Shown here piece after piece: positions 13,201 to 25,118 of a stretch of DNA of 64,000 nt. This DNA comes from Selaginella moellendorffii. Taxonomy: Eukaryota > Plantae > Lycopodiophyta. The notes beneath the pieces are model-generated. The model ran no database searches. It was not told where the DNA came from and saw only the letters and a list, made by a program, of their open reading frames with translations. Where the stretch lies: assembly GCF_000143415.4 (NCBI RefSeq), contig NW_003314340.1, positions 490,161 through 554,160 of the forward strand. Reading direction: 5' to 3'. Each line of letters begins with the position of its first letter. The stretch's first letter is position 1. The translations under genes were made by a program, and so were the position numbers.

Positions 13201-13482
13201 TAGCGTCGCGATAAGCGTGCTGTATGCCGTAGCCGCATCCAACTCTTCCGAGGTAGACGGACTTGGATCTAGGAACGTTTGAACTGTTCTAGGGATGAAA
13301 CACGACAAAAAGGATCTTACCTCGCACGTCGTCACGAGAGAGATCCCGAGAGACAATCCGATCTACAAATTCTCGGTTCAATGCGCTGCATTCTCAATCG
13401 AGGCGAAATCCTTACCTCCAGCCGCAGCCGCTGCTGCTGCTGCTGCTGTCACGGTGCCATTGCGCTTGCGCTTGAGCGCCAT
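10296..13482 (-). CDS. UTP25: U3 snoRNA-associated protein 25 (UTP25/DEF/NOF1), multi-exon
   Basis: Motifs RDQGFTRPKVLVLLP, FDGNNDDHFRIGIKFT, DFLSSIEILVID, LYTERAHFYHRY and LIFYSLP. Start MALKRKR at 13482. Confidence 0.9.
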
Positions 13483-13494
13483 CGCGCTCGCCTA

Positions 13495-13510
13495 AAACCC
13501 TAAACCCTAG
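13495..13510. promoter_or_regulatory. Telo-box (AAACCCTA) pair upstream of UTP25
   Basis: aaaaccctaaaccctag lies just 5' of the ATG. Telo-boxes are typical of plant ribosome-biogenesis genes. Similar motifs occur at ~15272 (APC5) and ~62244 (APH-1). Confidence 0.6.
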
Positions 13511-13707
13511 AATGGAGAACTTCGTTTTAAACTGGCATACGTTTATTTCTAGTTTCGATCTAGTATCATTTTGGAGGGAAAGTCACAGAGCTCCAATTCT
13601 CTCGCATGAAAATCACAGAGTTCCAATCTTCTCGCGAGCAAATCCTTGAAGCTTGATACTTCCAAAGACCACCCTGGAAATCCTTGTTCTTCGAAGGACA
13701 CTCCTCT

Positions 13708-14979
13708 CTATAAGACATCTCCTGGAAAGACCACTGTACTCCACTTCTCGCTCGTGAATCCCAGCTCCTCCTCGGAGAACTGGTGTGGAGGAGCTCCCGC
13801 GAGGATGGAATTCCTCGACGATGGTTTGTGACCCACGAACAGCGAGAGGTGGCCGAGCAGCTTGTCCTTGCGCGAGAAGCTCGTCCCGCAAGAACACATC
13901 CACTTCTCGCGGCCGCAGTGCTTCTCGTGCGTCCGCAGATCCGCCACCACCGAGAACTTCTTGCTCCGGCACTTGCTGCAAGTGAGCATCTTCGGGCAGT
14001 GCGATCGCCGGTAGTGGTTCTTCACGCAAAGAACAGTCTTGAGCGGCGAGAACTTTGGATGGAGCTTGTGGCGCTTGCAGCCCTCGAACGGGCATGAGTA
14101 GCGCTTGCTCCGGCTGGCCTGGACGAGCTGTTCTTGGATCAAATGCTTCGGCTTGGACAGCGCCGCCGCGGTCTTGTACTCGTCGCCGTGGCCTCTCATA
14201 TGCATGCGCAAGTTGGCGTCGCGCTTGAATCCTTTGCCGCAGATCTCGCAGAAGTGCGTGTGCTCGGCGAGGATCTCCATCGCGTCCAGCTCGATGAGAT
14301 CGTAGGAGCCGGGCAGTAGCGTTTCGGTCTCCTCCTCGAGCTCTTCCTTGCGAGGATCGCCGCCGCTGGGAGCGACGTTCCAGACCGCTGGAGCGAGAGT
14401 TTCTTCCTCGTCCTCGTTGAGGTCTGTGAGATATGCCATGAACTCGTCCGTGTCTTGGCCTTCTTCCAGCTTTGGAGCGCTGAGCTGCTGCTGCTCTCGA
14501 TCGCGATCCTTCTCGAGATCATCGAAGACGATGTCAAGGCCGAATTTTTCCGTGAGAGATGGCGTGCTGCTGTCGCTGCTGCTGCTGCTCCCAGTTCCAA
14601 ACAGTGATGAACAGTGAAAGCCCTCGTCCTTCTTGATCGCTCCAGTTGGAGCTTTCACGTCCTTGCTTTCCTCCTCGCCATGTTTGAGCTCCAGGATGCC
14701 CTCCATGAACCGATCGAGCAGCTTCTCGATCTCTCGCAGCTGCTGCTGGCTTGAATTGTCGGGCCGCGATGCCAGCTGCATCGCCACCGCCTGGAGGTAG
14801 CCAATCTTCTCGAAGAGAGTCGGGCAGCCAGCGCTGGAACGCCGGGGGCTCACCGAAGGACTCATTGGAGGATTGGATGTGGAAGCTGTGACCCTTCGCG
14901 GAGGAGAAAGAGGAGAAGTATCAAACGCTTCCACTCCCAGACCCAAGAGAGAATCTTCACAGTAAGAAGAAGACTCCAT
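13708..14979 (-). CDS. STOP1: STOP1-like C2H2 zinc-finger transcription factor, intronless
   Basis: Motifs [61 protein letters not shown] and [13 protein letters not shown]. Confidence 0.88.
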   Translation of the reverse strand: MESSSYCEDSLLGLGVEAFDTSPLSPPRRVTASTSNPPMSPSVSPRRSSAGCPTLFEKIGYLQAVAMQLASRPDNSSQQQLREIEKLLDRFMEGILELKHGEEESKDVKAPTGAIKKDEGFHCSSLFGTGSSSSSDSSTPSLTEKFGLDIVFDDLEKDRDREQQQLSAPKLEEGQDTDEFMAYLTDLNEDEEETLAPAVWNVAPSGGDPRKEELEEETETLLPGSYDLIELDAMEILAEHTHFCEICGKGFKRDANLRMHMRGHGDEYKTAAALSKPKHLIQEQLVQASRSKRYSCPFEGCKRHKLHPKFSPLKTVLCVKNHYRRSHCPKMLTCSKCRSKKFSVVADLRTHEKHCGREKWMCSCGTSFSRKDKLLGHLSLFVGHKPSSRNSILAGAPPHQFSEEELGFTSEKWSTVVFPGDVL

Positions 14980-15314
14980 GTCCCCAAGAGCTCCTTAAAG
15001 ACAGTGAATAGCGCTCTTGGTCGAAGGAAGAGGGCGACTCCCTGTCACTGCTCTTCTCTCGCCTGGATCTAAGGAGCTAAAGTCTGTACTGAGCAAGATG
15101 GGAAGCCACTCACTGTTCTTCGGTCGAAATTTGTCGCAAAGTCAGCACGAAGCATCTCAAGAAAAATTGCTCTCTCGCCGTCAGAGAGAGCCATCCAACC
15201 GAATTGCGGCACGATGCTGTCCGATGGTTTAGCGCTTTGACCTGCGATCGCTCCGATCCACCACGCCCGATAAACCCTAAAATATTTGGGGAGAAATTTC
15301 AGGGTTCATGAGGA

Positions 15315-18300
15315 ATGGCAGCGGGATTTGTCTTGACGCCCCACAAGCTCTCGATGTGCGTGCTTCTCCAGCTCTACGCGGCGCCGCCCGCGCTCACGCC
15401 TCCATTCCCTCTGCCGGCGGCGGTGCGGCATCAGCTGGCGCTCTTCCTGCTCGGATTGGCCAAGGTAAGCACTGCGATCCAAATCGAGAATGCGGCAATC
15501 CTAGACGCAGGCCTGCGATGGATTCCTGGAGCCGACGCTCGAGGACCTGGGAATGCAGCTCAAGGAGTGCCTTGGCAGCATTGGCGAGGTGATTGCCGAG
15601 CAGCTGGCGAGTCGATTGCTGGGATTTTCATCGCCGGAGGACTTGTTTACCTTTGTTGTGCTGGGACTGAGAGGTAAGCTATTTGTATGCAAAGTTCTTG
15701 CGGTTTAAATAGAGATGTTCCAGAGATTGTTGTCCCGGCTCCATACACAGTTCCTGAGCGCGGTGGTGGCAACGAAGATTCATTGCTGGTAGAACACAAT
15801 AGCCCGCTGGGACAGTTCTTGCGAAGATGCATCTTGTCATTCAACATTCTATCCTTCGAGGTATGTTCTTTTCTCTTTTTTTACTATAGAGTTAGATGGA
15901 TCTTCACTCGGTTGATTTTCTTACTGTAGATCTAGTTGGATCTTACGCTGACTGCTTTTCTTTTTTTTTTCGTGTTTCCAGGGAACGTGCCGGCTTCTAG
16001 CTGAGCTTGATGCATATCGTCGGCCGGCTTTAAGTATTGGTGATGGAAACATAGTTGCAAAAGATTCCTTGTCTTGCCAGCAAGCAGAAGGTGATGATGA
16101 TGAAGACGAAGAAGAAGATCGGCTAGAAGACGATGAAGACGAAAATGTCATCGCCTCCGTGACACCCGTTCACGGCAGGGAAAGACATGGAAATGGTCGG
16201 CGGGCATTCGGAGTTCCATTGATTCCGACTGAAGGTAAGGTCAATGGATCTTTTTGTCCCGGCTAACTTGAGCGACTGCAGGAAGTGAAGAGCTGGAACT
16301 GCAAGAGTTCACGGACATGCAGGAGCTCGAAGGTTTTGGTGCAAACCATGTGGGAAACGGTGGAGGTGTTCGAGACGGTGGGTTTGCATTTGCATTTGGT
16401 GATGCTGCAAGCAGGGGCGAGCATGCAACACAGGGTAGTTTTCTGCGGACATATGGTCAGGTTGAAGCTTTCATGAAAGACCAAGCCATACTTATAGCCA
16501 AGTAAGTTTTCAAGAGTCCTATTGGGTTTTTAGTGGTTCGCTTACTTCCTTTCTTAGAGAACTTGGAACAACGAACAAAGTAGATCTGGACACTAAGCTC
16601 AATCTTATAGAAAACTTGGCTCCAGAGATGCACCGGGTACGCGTCGCTTTACTGCCGTTGACAGGTTTTGTAAAACGTGTTGAGCAGGTCCACTATCTTC
16701 AGTATCTTAACTCTATTCATCATGGAGACTATCCAGCTGCTATGAGCAGACTCCATCAGTACTTTGATTATAGGTAGGGCCTGCGACGTGTTTCACTTGA
16801 TCTTAATCTTAATATTCTTTTATTTTAGTGCGGGACGAGGAAACATCGCACCCGGCATCGACGCAAGTGTCGGAAGGTTCCAAGCTGGCCTTCTCACTCT
16901 TGGATCTATGCACGCACACTTTGGTCACGTCACTCAAGCGTTACAGGCAAGTGTTTGTTAAGAGTCCTGATTGTATTGAACTGTGTTTTGTTTGCATGCA
17001 GGCTCTCAGTGAAACTGTTCGCATCGCTCAACAGGTACAAGTTTTCTGCTCTCACAATCCATCTAACTTTCTCCATGCAGAACAACGATGATACTTGTCT
17101 TGCGCATTCTTTGGCTGCTTTGTGCCACTTACTATCGGAAGTGGGTGTTGCTGCCGAAGTTACAAAGGCCGGTGCAATCGGCGACTTTGATCGTAGTATT
17201 GGTCCACAGCTCGCTGCTCAGCAGCATTTGCTTCTTTCTTTAAACCGGTGCTTAAAACGAGCATTAGAGCTGAAACTTCCCAATCTAGTTGCATTCAGTC
17301 GCTTGGCTTTAGCGAAGTTTGATCTCCAGGTAATCAGAATATCAGGTTTAGTACATATTTATTGATGATTGAAGATGATATGCTGCGTAGCATGTTCGCA
17401 GGTTGCCTCTGATCGGAGGGCTGAGAAGCTCCGAACAACTTGGGACATCGCCAGTTGATGTTTGCAAGGTAATACTTTGGATTAGTTATATTAGCTAACG
17501 TGTTTCTTCCAGACTCTCAGAATCAGTCCATATCTTCTAGGCGACCTGGTGCACAGTATGTCGTCATCCGGGTCGCAGCGGATCACTTCTGGGGCTTTCG
17601 GTCAAGCACCTGGAATGCCCGGAAACTCTCAAACAGGAAGGCTGGGACCTTTGTCAGAATCACTGTTGAAGCTGGCTGGATCCTCGTATCTTCTTCGATC
17701 TTGTTCGTGGGAGTTGTATGGCAGGTATGTCGTTTGTTTTGTTTGTCTGTACATCGTTCTGAAACTCTTTTGTACAAGCGATCCGATGATGCGCGCGAGT
17801 ACCTTGGTTCATGCGTACTGCTACTCCAAATCCGCAAGGTTTGGCCTTGGATTACGCTTGAGTGGAAATGTTTTTCCAACGCTTGTTCTGTCCAGTGCAG
17901 ATGATTTATCGGTAGCCTATGTAAAGCTTGCCCATCATTTAGCAGCTCATAAGGGATATAGAGGTATCATTAAGCTTTCACCTTGGCCTTTTACGTAAAA
18001 GTTTTGCTGTTTCAGTCGCTTTAACTGCGCTGGAGCAAGCAATGAAGAAGTTTCCACTTCATGCTAGATCTTCTTTGCGATCAGTTCAACTTCAATTTAT
18101 TCATAGTCAGGCTATTAACCGGTATGTTTAGAATAAACCTTGTTTGTGATGTTTCTGACTCATCAAACCTGCAGTGGAAATACCAGGCTTGCATGGGTAG
18201 CATGCTCCGAGCTTGCGGCAATGGCTTCGCCAGTCCTAGGCGTTGACATGGAACTAAAGTTTGAAGCTAGTTATCGCCACGCACTAACGCTTCTGGCGTG

Positions 18301-19114
18301 TAAAAACTACAGTGAGGTACACGTTTGGCTGGCGCTCCTGTTTGCTTTGGTAACGTGTCTTGGCTATGGCAGGCAGCGACTTCAGCAGGAGAACTGTTCG
18401 CTTTGTGCTACAAGTATGACATGCAGCTACATGTTGTCAAAGTCTTACTTCTTATTGCTGAGATTCACAAGGTCTTGATTCTTTCGTTTTTCTTTTCGAT
18501 ACTGTTACTCATTCTAAAGAACTCTTGCCCGTCCAGAAATCCGGGAGCGCTGTCACGGGGCTACCATACGTACTAGGCAGCATAACACTCAGCCAGTCAC
18601 TCAACCTGGACCTTCTCCATGCGGCGTCCAGGGTCAGCTTAGCAGAACTCTGGCTGGACCTTGGAGCCGACCACGCTCAACGAGCACTCGACCTTCTCCA
18701 GCAAAGCTTACCACTTGTCCTCGGCCATGGTAGCCTCGAGCTTCGTGCGCGGACCAACCTCTGCATTGCGCGGTGCTACGTAAGCAGCACAGACTTCGCA
18801 GGTATCATTTTCTTCTTTGTTAGACTTTGCGGACTTACGTAGTCTTCTTCTTTTGTTTGCAGTGGCTACAGCTCCAGAGCTTGTACTTGATCCACTCCAA
18901 CTCGCTGCGGAAGAATTCATGAATTTAGAAGTAAGAAACTTTGATACTTACTGGCAAGGCCTTGATTTCAATCGCTCCTCACTTTTTCCAGGACAAAGAC
19001 CAGGCATCCGAAGCTTTCTACTTGCTGGCCACCACGTTTAACTCGATCGGTCGTATGGAAGATCGAGACAAAGCCGCGGAGAAATTCCAGCAGTGCGTGG
19101 TAGAAGAACCGTAA
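15315..19114 (+). CDS. APC5: Anaphase-promoting complex subunit 5, multi-exon
   Basis: N-terminus FVLTPHKLSMCVLLQLY; PLGQFLRRCILSFNILSFE; GSMHAHFGH; LAGSSYLLRSCSWELYG; C-terminus LDPLQLAAEEF...KFQQCVVEEP*. Confidence 0.9.
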
Positions 19115-19282
19115 GGCCAGGCCAACGAGCGATAACCAGCAAGGATTCTTCTTCCAGTACGGAGATTCATGTGAATCGCCAAGGTTCCCGATTCCTGTAC
19201 GTATGTGTCGGTAGCCACGTGTCCATGACGTGTCTGTAATATCTTTTTCTCCTTTTAAAAAACCACCTAGGGTTCTTCCGCT

Positions 19283-20989
19283 ATGGTAGCTATGGCGCCC
19301 GCATTGCACGATAAGGCGGCAGCAGCGGTCCTTCCAGAGGAAATTTCGATCGATTCTTGCGGCATTGAGCCGGATCTCGAGGGTGCCGATGCGATCGGCA
19401 AGCTGCGCGGCGAGCGGGAGATTGTTCTTGGCAGGAATTTGCACGACCAGTGCTTCTCGATCACGGAGCCCGAGCACGACGACGAGGAGACCGGCGAGAA
19501 GGATGTGTACATGGCTGGTGTTCTTGCGCGCTACCGGAAGACGCTGGTAGAAAGGACGAAATATCACCTGGGTAAGAGATTCTCTTCTTCTTCCTTGCTG
19601 CTTTGGAGTGTTTGTTTGAGCTCTTGCGATTGGAATGCAGGGTATCCATACAACCTGGATTTCGACTACGGTGCTCTCTCGCAGCTACAGCATTTTTCCA
19701 TCAACAATCTGGGAGATCCTTTCATCGAGAGCAACTATGGTGTTCATTCTCGGCAATTCGAGGTCGGTGTTTTGGATTGGTTTGCGAGATTGTGGGAGCT
19801 GGAGAAGAACGAGTACTGGGGATATATCACAAACTGTGGGACGGAGGGAAATCTTCACGGCTTGTTGGTCGGGTAAACTTATTTCTTTCCTTTCTTCTTC
19901 ACGGACTTGTTCTTACTTTGATACTTCTTTTTTCCACAGGAGAGAAGTTTTCCCGGATGGCATCCTCTATGCCTCGAAAGACTCGCATTACTCGGTATTT
20001 AAGGCAGGACGTATGTATCGGATGGAAGTCGTGAAGGTTGACACACTTCTATCCGGCGAGATCGACTGTGCCGATTTTCAGCGCCGACTGCTGGAAAACC
20101 AAGACAAACCAGCCATTGTGAACGTTAACATAGGTGAGTGAGAGAGCGAGTGAGTGAAAGTTCTATTGTCTAGTTCTCGGATATTGATTCATAGTACTGT
20201 TTCAGGTACCACTGTCAAAGGAGCAGTGGACGATCTTGATGGTGTGATTAGAACACTGGAAGACTGTGGCTTCTCCCAGGACCGCTTCTACATCCACTGT
20301 GATGGTGCTCTCTTCGGGCTCATGATGCCGTTCGTGAAGAGAGTAAGCTCCACAAAGTTCGTGTTCTTCGTGTTCTTAAGCGCAAGGCGTGTTTTTTCTC
20401 TTCTTTCCAGGCACCAAAAGTGTCTTTCAAAAAGCCTATTGGAAGTGTCAGCGTTTCGGGACACAAGTTCGTTGGCTGCCCGATGCCATGCGGCATCCAA
20501 ATTACCAGGATCGAGCACATCAACACGCTGTCCAGGAACGTCGAGTATCTGGCATCCAGGGACGCGACCATCATGGGAAGCCGCAATGGCCACGCACCAC
20601 TCTTCCTCTGGTACACTTTAAACCGCAAAGGCTACCGCGGTTTCAAAAAGGAAGTGGAGAAGTGCCTGGCAAACGCGCACTACTTGGCCGGTTGCCTCCG
20701 GGAGTCCGGATTTGGGGCCATGCTCAACGAGCTCAGCAGCACCGTGGTGTTTGAGAGGCCGCAGGACGAAGCCTTTGTTCGAAAGTGGCAGCTCGCGTGC
20801 CAAGGCAAGATTGCGCACGCGGTGGTGATGCCCAGCGTCACGGTGGACAAGCTCAAAGTTTTCCTCAAGGAGCTGATTGAGAGCCGGAGCCGGCTCTTCC
20901 CGGACGGGAAAATCGTGGCTCCCTGCGTCGCGGATGAGCTGGGCGCGAAGAACTGCGCTTGCGTCAAGCACTCCTCCTGTTCCTGGTAA
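19283..20989 (+). CDS. SDC1: PLP-dependent serine decarboxylase (group II), multi-exon
   Basis: Motifs [50 protein letters not shown] and [17 protein letters not shown] (PLP lysine). Confidence 0.92.
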
Positions 20990-21182
20990 GTTTTTCTAGC
21001 TTTGGTTTCCTCTTCTCTGATATCTCATTGTTCCAGAGCTTGGCGCAAATCTCTCGGGTGTACGTATCTGCGTAGAAGAGATATTATGCTAGTGGATGGG
21101 CGAGCCAACTTTTTCTCGAAACTTTGGACTCCATACAATGATAGAGCTGTTGGATTTCCAGTCAAGAAATTTAGAAAGACAG

Positions 21183-21462
21183 GGTCATGCTTTTGAGACC
21201 TTGAAAGAAAATTAAACTGAGAAGAACCCCAGAAATTTTCTACAGACAAGATCATGCTTTTGAGACCTTGATAGAAAAATCAAACTCTATAATAGAGCTG
21301 TGGATTTTCCAGTCAAGATCATCCTTTTGAGACCTTGATAGAAAAATCAAACCCTATAATAGAGCTGTGGATTTTCCAGTCAAGATCATGCTTTTGAGAC
21401 CTTGATAGAAAAATCAAACTCTAGAATAGAGCTGTGGATTTTCCAGTCAAGATCATGCTTAA
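21183..21462. repeat. 67-bp minisatellite: 3 near-perfect copies plus degenerate flanking copies
   Basis: The unit gatcatgcttttgagaccttgatagaaaaatcaaactctataatagagctgtggattttccagtcaa starts at 21250, 21317 and 21384. A partial copy is at 21451 and a degenerate one at 21183. Confidence 0.9.
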
Positions 21463-21729
21463 AAGAAAAATCAATCCTTGTGATAGAAATCCAAGAGTAT
21501 CATGGGCGATTCTTCTTCGAGAACTTTGATCGTCAGTAGGGAAGTTACTAAAGCAATCCATCCATTGAAGATGAAACAATGTACACATTCTTCACCGAGA
21601 GAGATCTTCCCAAGCCAAGAAGGAAAGAAGAAGAGGAGGGAAGAAGATCATATAGAATTCTCTACTTATCTGGAAAGAGAGCGAGCGAGCGATTAGATTC
21701 CCAGAGTAGCGAGCGATCTTCCTCCTTGA

Positions 21730-22122
21730 TCAATTGTCATAGACCCGGCACTCATCCGTCTCTGGATTGTCCTTGCAAAACGCCTCCAGCGGATCCTTGC
21801 CCTTGTCCTTGTCCCTCTGGTGAGACGCGGCGGCGCTCACCTCCTCCACCTCGTCCCACGCCACCACGCACTCGGCCGACGCTGGATTCTCCGCGCACAC
21901 CTCCTCCGCCTGCTTGATGCTCTCCTCCACCTTACCCTCCAGCGGGCTCGCGCACGCGATCGTCGTCGCCATCCTCCTCCTCCGCGACACCAATCGAATC
22001 CCCCCCATTCCCCCTCGCGCCGCCGCGCAGGAGCTCCTCCTGGGAATCGCGGAGATCTGCTGCTGCTGCTGCAAGAATTGGGGCTGCTGGAGCGCCATCG
22101 TTGTAATCGCGATGGACGCCAT
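21730..22122 (-). CDS. CP12: Calvin cycle protein CP12, chloroplastic, intronless
   Basis: Transit peptide followed by CAENPASAECVVAWDEVEEVSAA...DPLEAFCKDNPETDECRVYDN. ATG at 22122. Confidence 0.95.
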   Translation of the reverse strand: MASIAITTMALQQPQFLQQQQQISAIPRRSSCAAARGGMGGIRLVSRRRRMATTIACASPLEGKVEESIKQAEEVCAENPASAECVVAWDEVEEVSAAASHQRDKDKGKDPLEAFCKDNPETDECRVYDN

Positions 22123-22217
22123 GAGCGCACGAGCTATCGATCGATGCGAGGATCTCTGTCCCAAGAGCCCTAGCTCCAGGGCAAACGATCACCACGCAAG
22201 GAGGAAGAGATATCACT

Positions 22218-22227
22218 GCCACGTGGA
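22218..22227. promoter_or_regulatory. G-box upstream of CP12
   Basis: gcCACGTGga lies ~100 bp 5' of the CP12 ATG, consistent with light-regulated Calvin-cycle genes. Confidence 0.5.
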
Positions 22228-22582
22228 GTCCGCTGATTGATCGACAGCACGGCAGGTCTATGGCTTCCAAAGCTGCAGGAAGTAGACCATGGAGAGAGAA
22301 GGGGAAAATATAGACCGGGTGCTCTAGGAAAAAATCCAACCCATGGTTCCCACATTTCACTTTGCGAGATTTTTTCTTTGTTTTGCCTTGCCTATCAATC
22401 GCATTCTCGGGCTCGCTTGCTCAGGCGTTTTTTTTTTTCTCGAGAATTATTCAGGAGTAGCTCTATGATTGATCTGGAACGAGGAAAACTTCGATCTTCT
22501 CAAGCGTAATAACAAGGAGCTTACTTGTCGTGATCACGAGCGCGAGCCAGGCGACGAGAACTTTGCGTTGTTTCCCCTCTTG

Positions 22583-24092
22583 TCATGACCCAGGCGCTAC
22601 TTCTTCCTCGTTTCTCTGGATGGCAGCAATCTTAGCTCTGGACGAGTCCCCTTGGCCATCATCTGGAAAGAAAACCAATGAAGTTAGTCACTACTGCTTG
22701 ATCGAAGAGAAAGAGAAATCCTGGAAACCAAAGCTAGAAGTTGGAAACCAAAGTGAGTGTACTACTACCTGCGACAATCCTGCTTCTCTTGCGTGACATC
22801 CGCTTGACAAGCCCCTCGTAGAGCTCGACGAGGAGCTTGGGATCCTTCTCCGCGTACATGCTGTAGTCCCCGAACGTCGGCAACACTTGCATGTCCATGG
22901 AGGCCGTCCGGAGCACCGCGTCCTTGACAGTCTCCGAGTCATACTTTCGAGCCAGGTCCAAGAGGTTGATGGCGTTGTCCCGGGAGACGTTGCTGACTAG
23001 AAACTCCTCGCACACGGCCTTGAGGAGCTTGACGCCATATTTCTCTGCAGCACAGAAGAGAGACGCGGCATGTTTCTTGAGCACTTCGGGACACACTGTG
23101 GCGGTGTAGAAGAAGCGCACAAACGCTTCCAACACATCGTGCGAGAAGTCGTCGATTCGGACGACACCGCTTTGGGCTTCCTTCATTTGAGCACTAAACA
23201 TGGCCTTAAACACAGGTGACTTCCCCGCCTGCGCTAGAAACAGGCAGACAAACAAAAACCACAGGGGCGCTCACATGTGAAAAAACATGTGGGATTGAGA
23301 GCTTTTTGTTTGGCAAGGCTGCACTGCTGAGCATCTCTCTCACTCAAAAGCTTTAGAACAAAGCTTTCAAGGAACACACACACACACAAAAAAAAAAAAA
23401 AGAACTCGAAGCAAAAAACGTAGAAAACCTCTCATCCCGTTCTCTCTCACGCAAAAGGTTTAGAACAAAGCTTTCAGGGAAGGCAAAAGCAAACAACAAA
23501 CAACCAACACAAGAAAATGGAGACAAAAGCAAGAAGAAAAAATTCTCATCTCGTTCTAGTCCCAATTCTAACAAAGAAAAAGAGAAAAGTCCTTGCAAGC
23601 TAATCCACCCAGAAAAATGGTTTTTCCCGACTTCTAAAGGAAACAAAAACACAAAGAGCCGCAAAAATTCATTCCAGGAAGATCACGAAGAACAATCAAG
23701 CACGCATTACTATCAAAAGCCCAAGGAAACCAAAGGAAAGAAATAAACTAGATGCTAAGCTAGGGCTTGAGAGAAAGATCGCTTACCAGGATCGCCTTGT
23801 GCGCGCACACATCCGGCCCATCACACGCCTTGAGCGTCACATCCGACAGCGGCAAATCGAGGGTGTCCTGGTCCCAGGCGCGAAGGAATTCGGCCTGGCG
23901 CGCCACGGCTTGCAGGCGCCGCTCCTCGTCCCGGAGGCGCTGCTGCGCGGCTTGCAAGCTCCCCACCAGCGACTCCAGCCTGTGGATCCGGCCCCTGTGG
24001 CATCGATCACAATACGCGAACTCCACCGCGTAGGAGCGAAACTCGTACCCTGAGAGGAGCCTCTTGCAAAGCACGCATTCCACGCGAGGCAT
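22583..24092 (-). CDS. BTB/POZ domain protein with N-terminal CxxC..CxxC and coiled coil
   Basis: Exon 1 MPRVECVLC...CDRC...SDVTLKACDGPDVCAHKAIL; ~555-nt intron; exon 2 AGKSPVFKAMF...AEKYGVKLLKAVCEEFL. Probable last exon DDGQGD...APGS* (unspliced stop would be 22734). Confidence 0.85.
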
Positions 24093-24140
24093 ATTCCTCC
24101 TCTCTCCGTGTGCCCTAGAGGGAATTTTTTCTAAAAGATT

Positions 24141-24186
24141 TTTGGCGCCAAGGGCGTTTCGCGCGGGAACGGTTCGCCACGTGGCG
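24141..24186. promoter_or_regulatory. Clustered E2F-type sites plus palindromic G-box in the BTB/PEBP divergent intergenic region
   Basis: TTTGGCGC (24141), TTTCGCGC (24157) and cgcCACGTGgcg (24175-24186). Confidence 0.5.
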
Positions 24187-24377
24187 TGTTTGAAAACGTT
24201 AGAATTTAGGTTAGGACTAGATAAACAAAAGGGTACCATTAAGAAAGAAAAATTAGTCAAATAAAATTGAAAATAAAATCGAAAAGGTGCCAAAAAGGAA
24301 TACATAAACCCTATGTTAAAAGGTAAATCACTATATAAATCTAGGTATCAAAGCGATCACAACACAACAAAGGATCA

Positions 24378-24968
24378 ATGAGGAAGCTTGTGGTAGTTGC
24401 TTTCTTGGCTATATTCTTTGCAGGAGCTACTTCTTCGCGATTGTTAGCGTCTACTCCACCACGATCTCCATCGCCAGGATCTCTAGCAGTGGAGAAATCG
24501 ATCTCTATAGCTGTTTCTTACACAGGAAAGGATACCTTCGCCGATGGAACCCTTTTGACGTGCCCGCAAACCGCGATTCATCCCAACGTTATGGTCCCCG
24601 GAGATGTTGATCCTGCACAGCTTTACTCCATCGTGATGATAGATAGGCGAGCTTCGCGGTCGATGTTTACATTGGCAGATCAATTCACGTACGTCCACTA
24701 TTGGATCGCCAACATCCCTGGATCAAAGGTTGACGCTGGCACCATTTTGGAGGAGTATATGAGGCCTGCACCCCACGATTTCATGCAGCACAAGTACGAG
24801 TTTATACTGTATAAGCAGCAAGGGCAGATCAATACGCCTCTCGCGGATAGATTCGTCAAGGACTGGGAAGCGGTCGCAAGCGCTTACAACCTTGGCAGCC
24901 CAGTAGCAACGACTTCCTTTGTCGCGCAGCTCACCCTAAACTTTAGAACGAGAATGTTCCAGTGTTAA
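24378..24968 (+). CDS. Divergent PEBP (RKIP/FT-TFL1-MFT superfamily) protein with N-terminal signal peptide, intronless
   Basis: LYSIVMID, YVHYWIANIPG, YMRPAP, HKYEFILYKQ and YNLGSPVA match PEBP motifs. Hydrophobic leader MRKLVVVAFLAIFFAGATSS. TATA (ctatataaat) at ~24332. Confidence 0.85.
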   Translation: MRKLVVVAFLAIFFAGATSSRLLASTPPRSPSPGSLAVEKSISIAVSYTGKDTFADGTLLTCPQTAIHPNVMVPGDVDPAQLYSIVMIDRRASRSMFTLADQFTYVHYWIANIPGSKVDAGTILEEYMRPAPHDFMQHKYEFILYKQQGQINTPLADRFVKDWEAVASAYNLGSPVATTSFVAQLTLNFRTRMFQC

Positions 24969-25118
24969 ACAGGTGGCTTCTTTGAATCATTGCGTGTTGT
25001 TCGAAACTAGAGAAAAGAGATTCAACTATTGTTAGAACAAGATCGTCCCAATGTTATAAAGGTGGCGAGATTATAGGTTTGAATTAAGAGAGAACGAAAA
25101 TAGAGAAAAGAGATACGA

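Noticed and set aside
13613-14617. Overlapping and antisense ORFs over STOP1 (likewise over IFRD, SDC1, CP12, F-box)
   Set aside because: Shadow ORFs of GC-rich coding sequence with no recognisable motifs.
21183-21462. CRISPR-like array
   Set aside because: Head-to-tail repeats with no unique spacers, in a eukaryotic context without cas genes.
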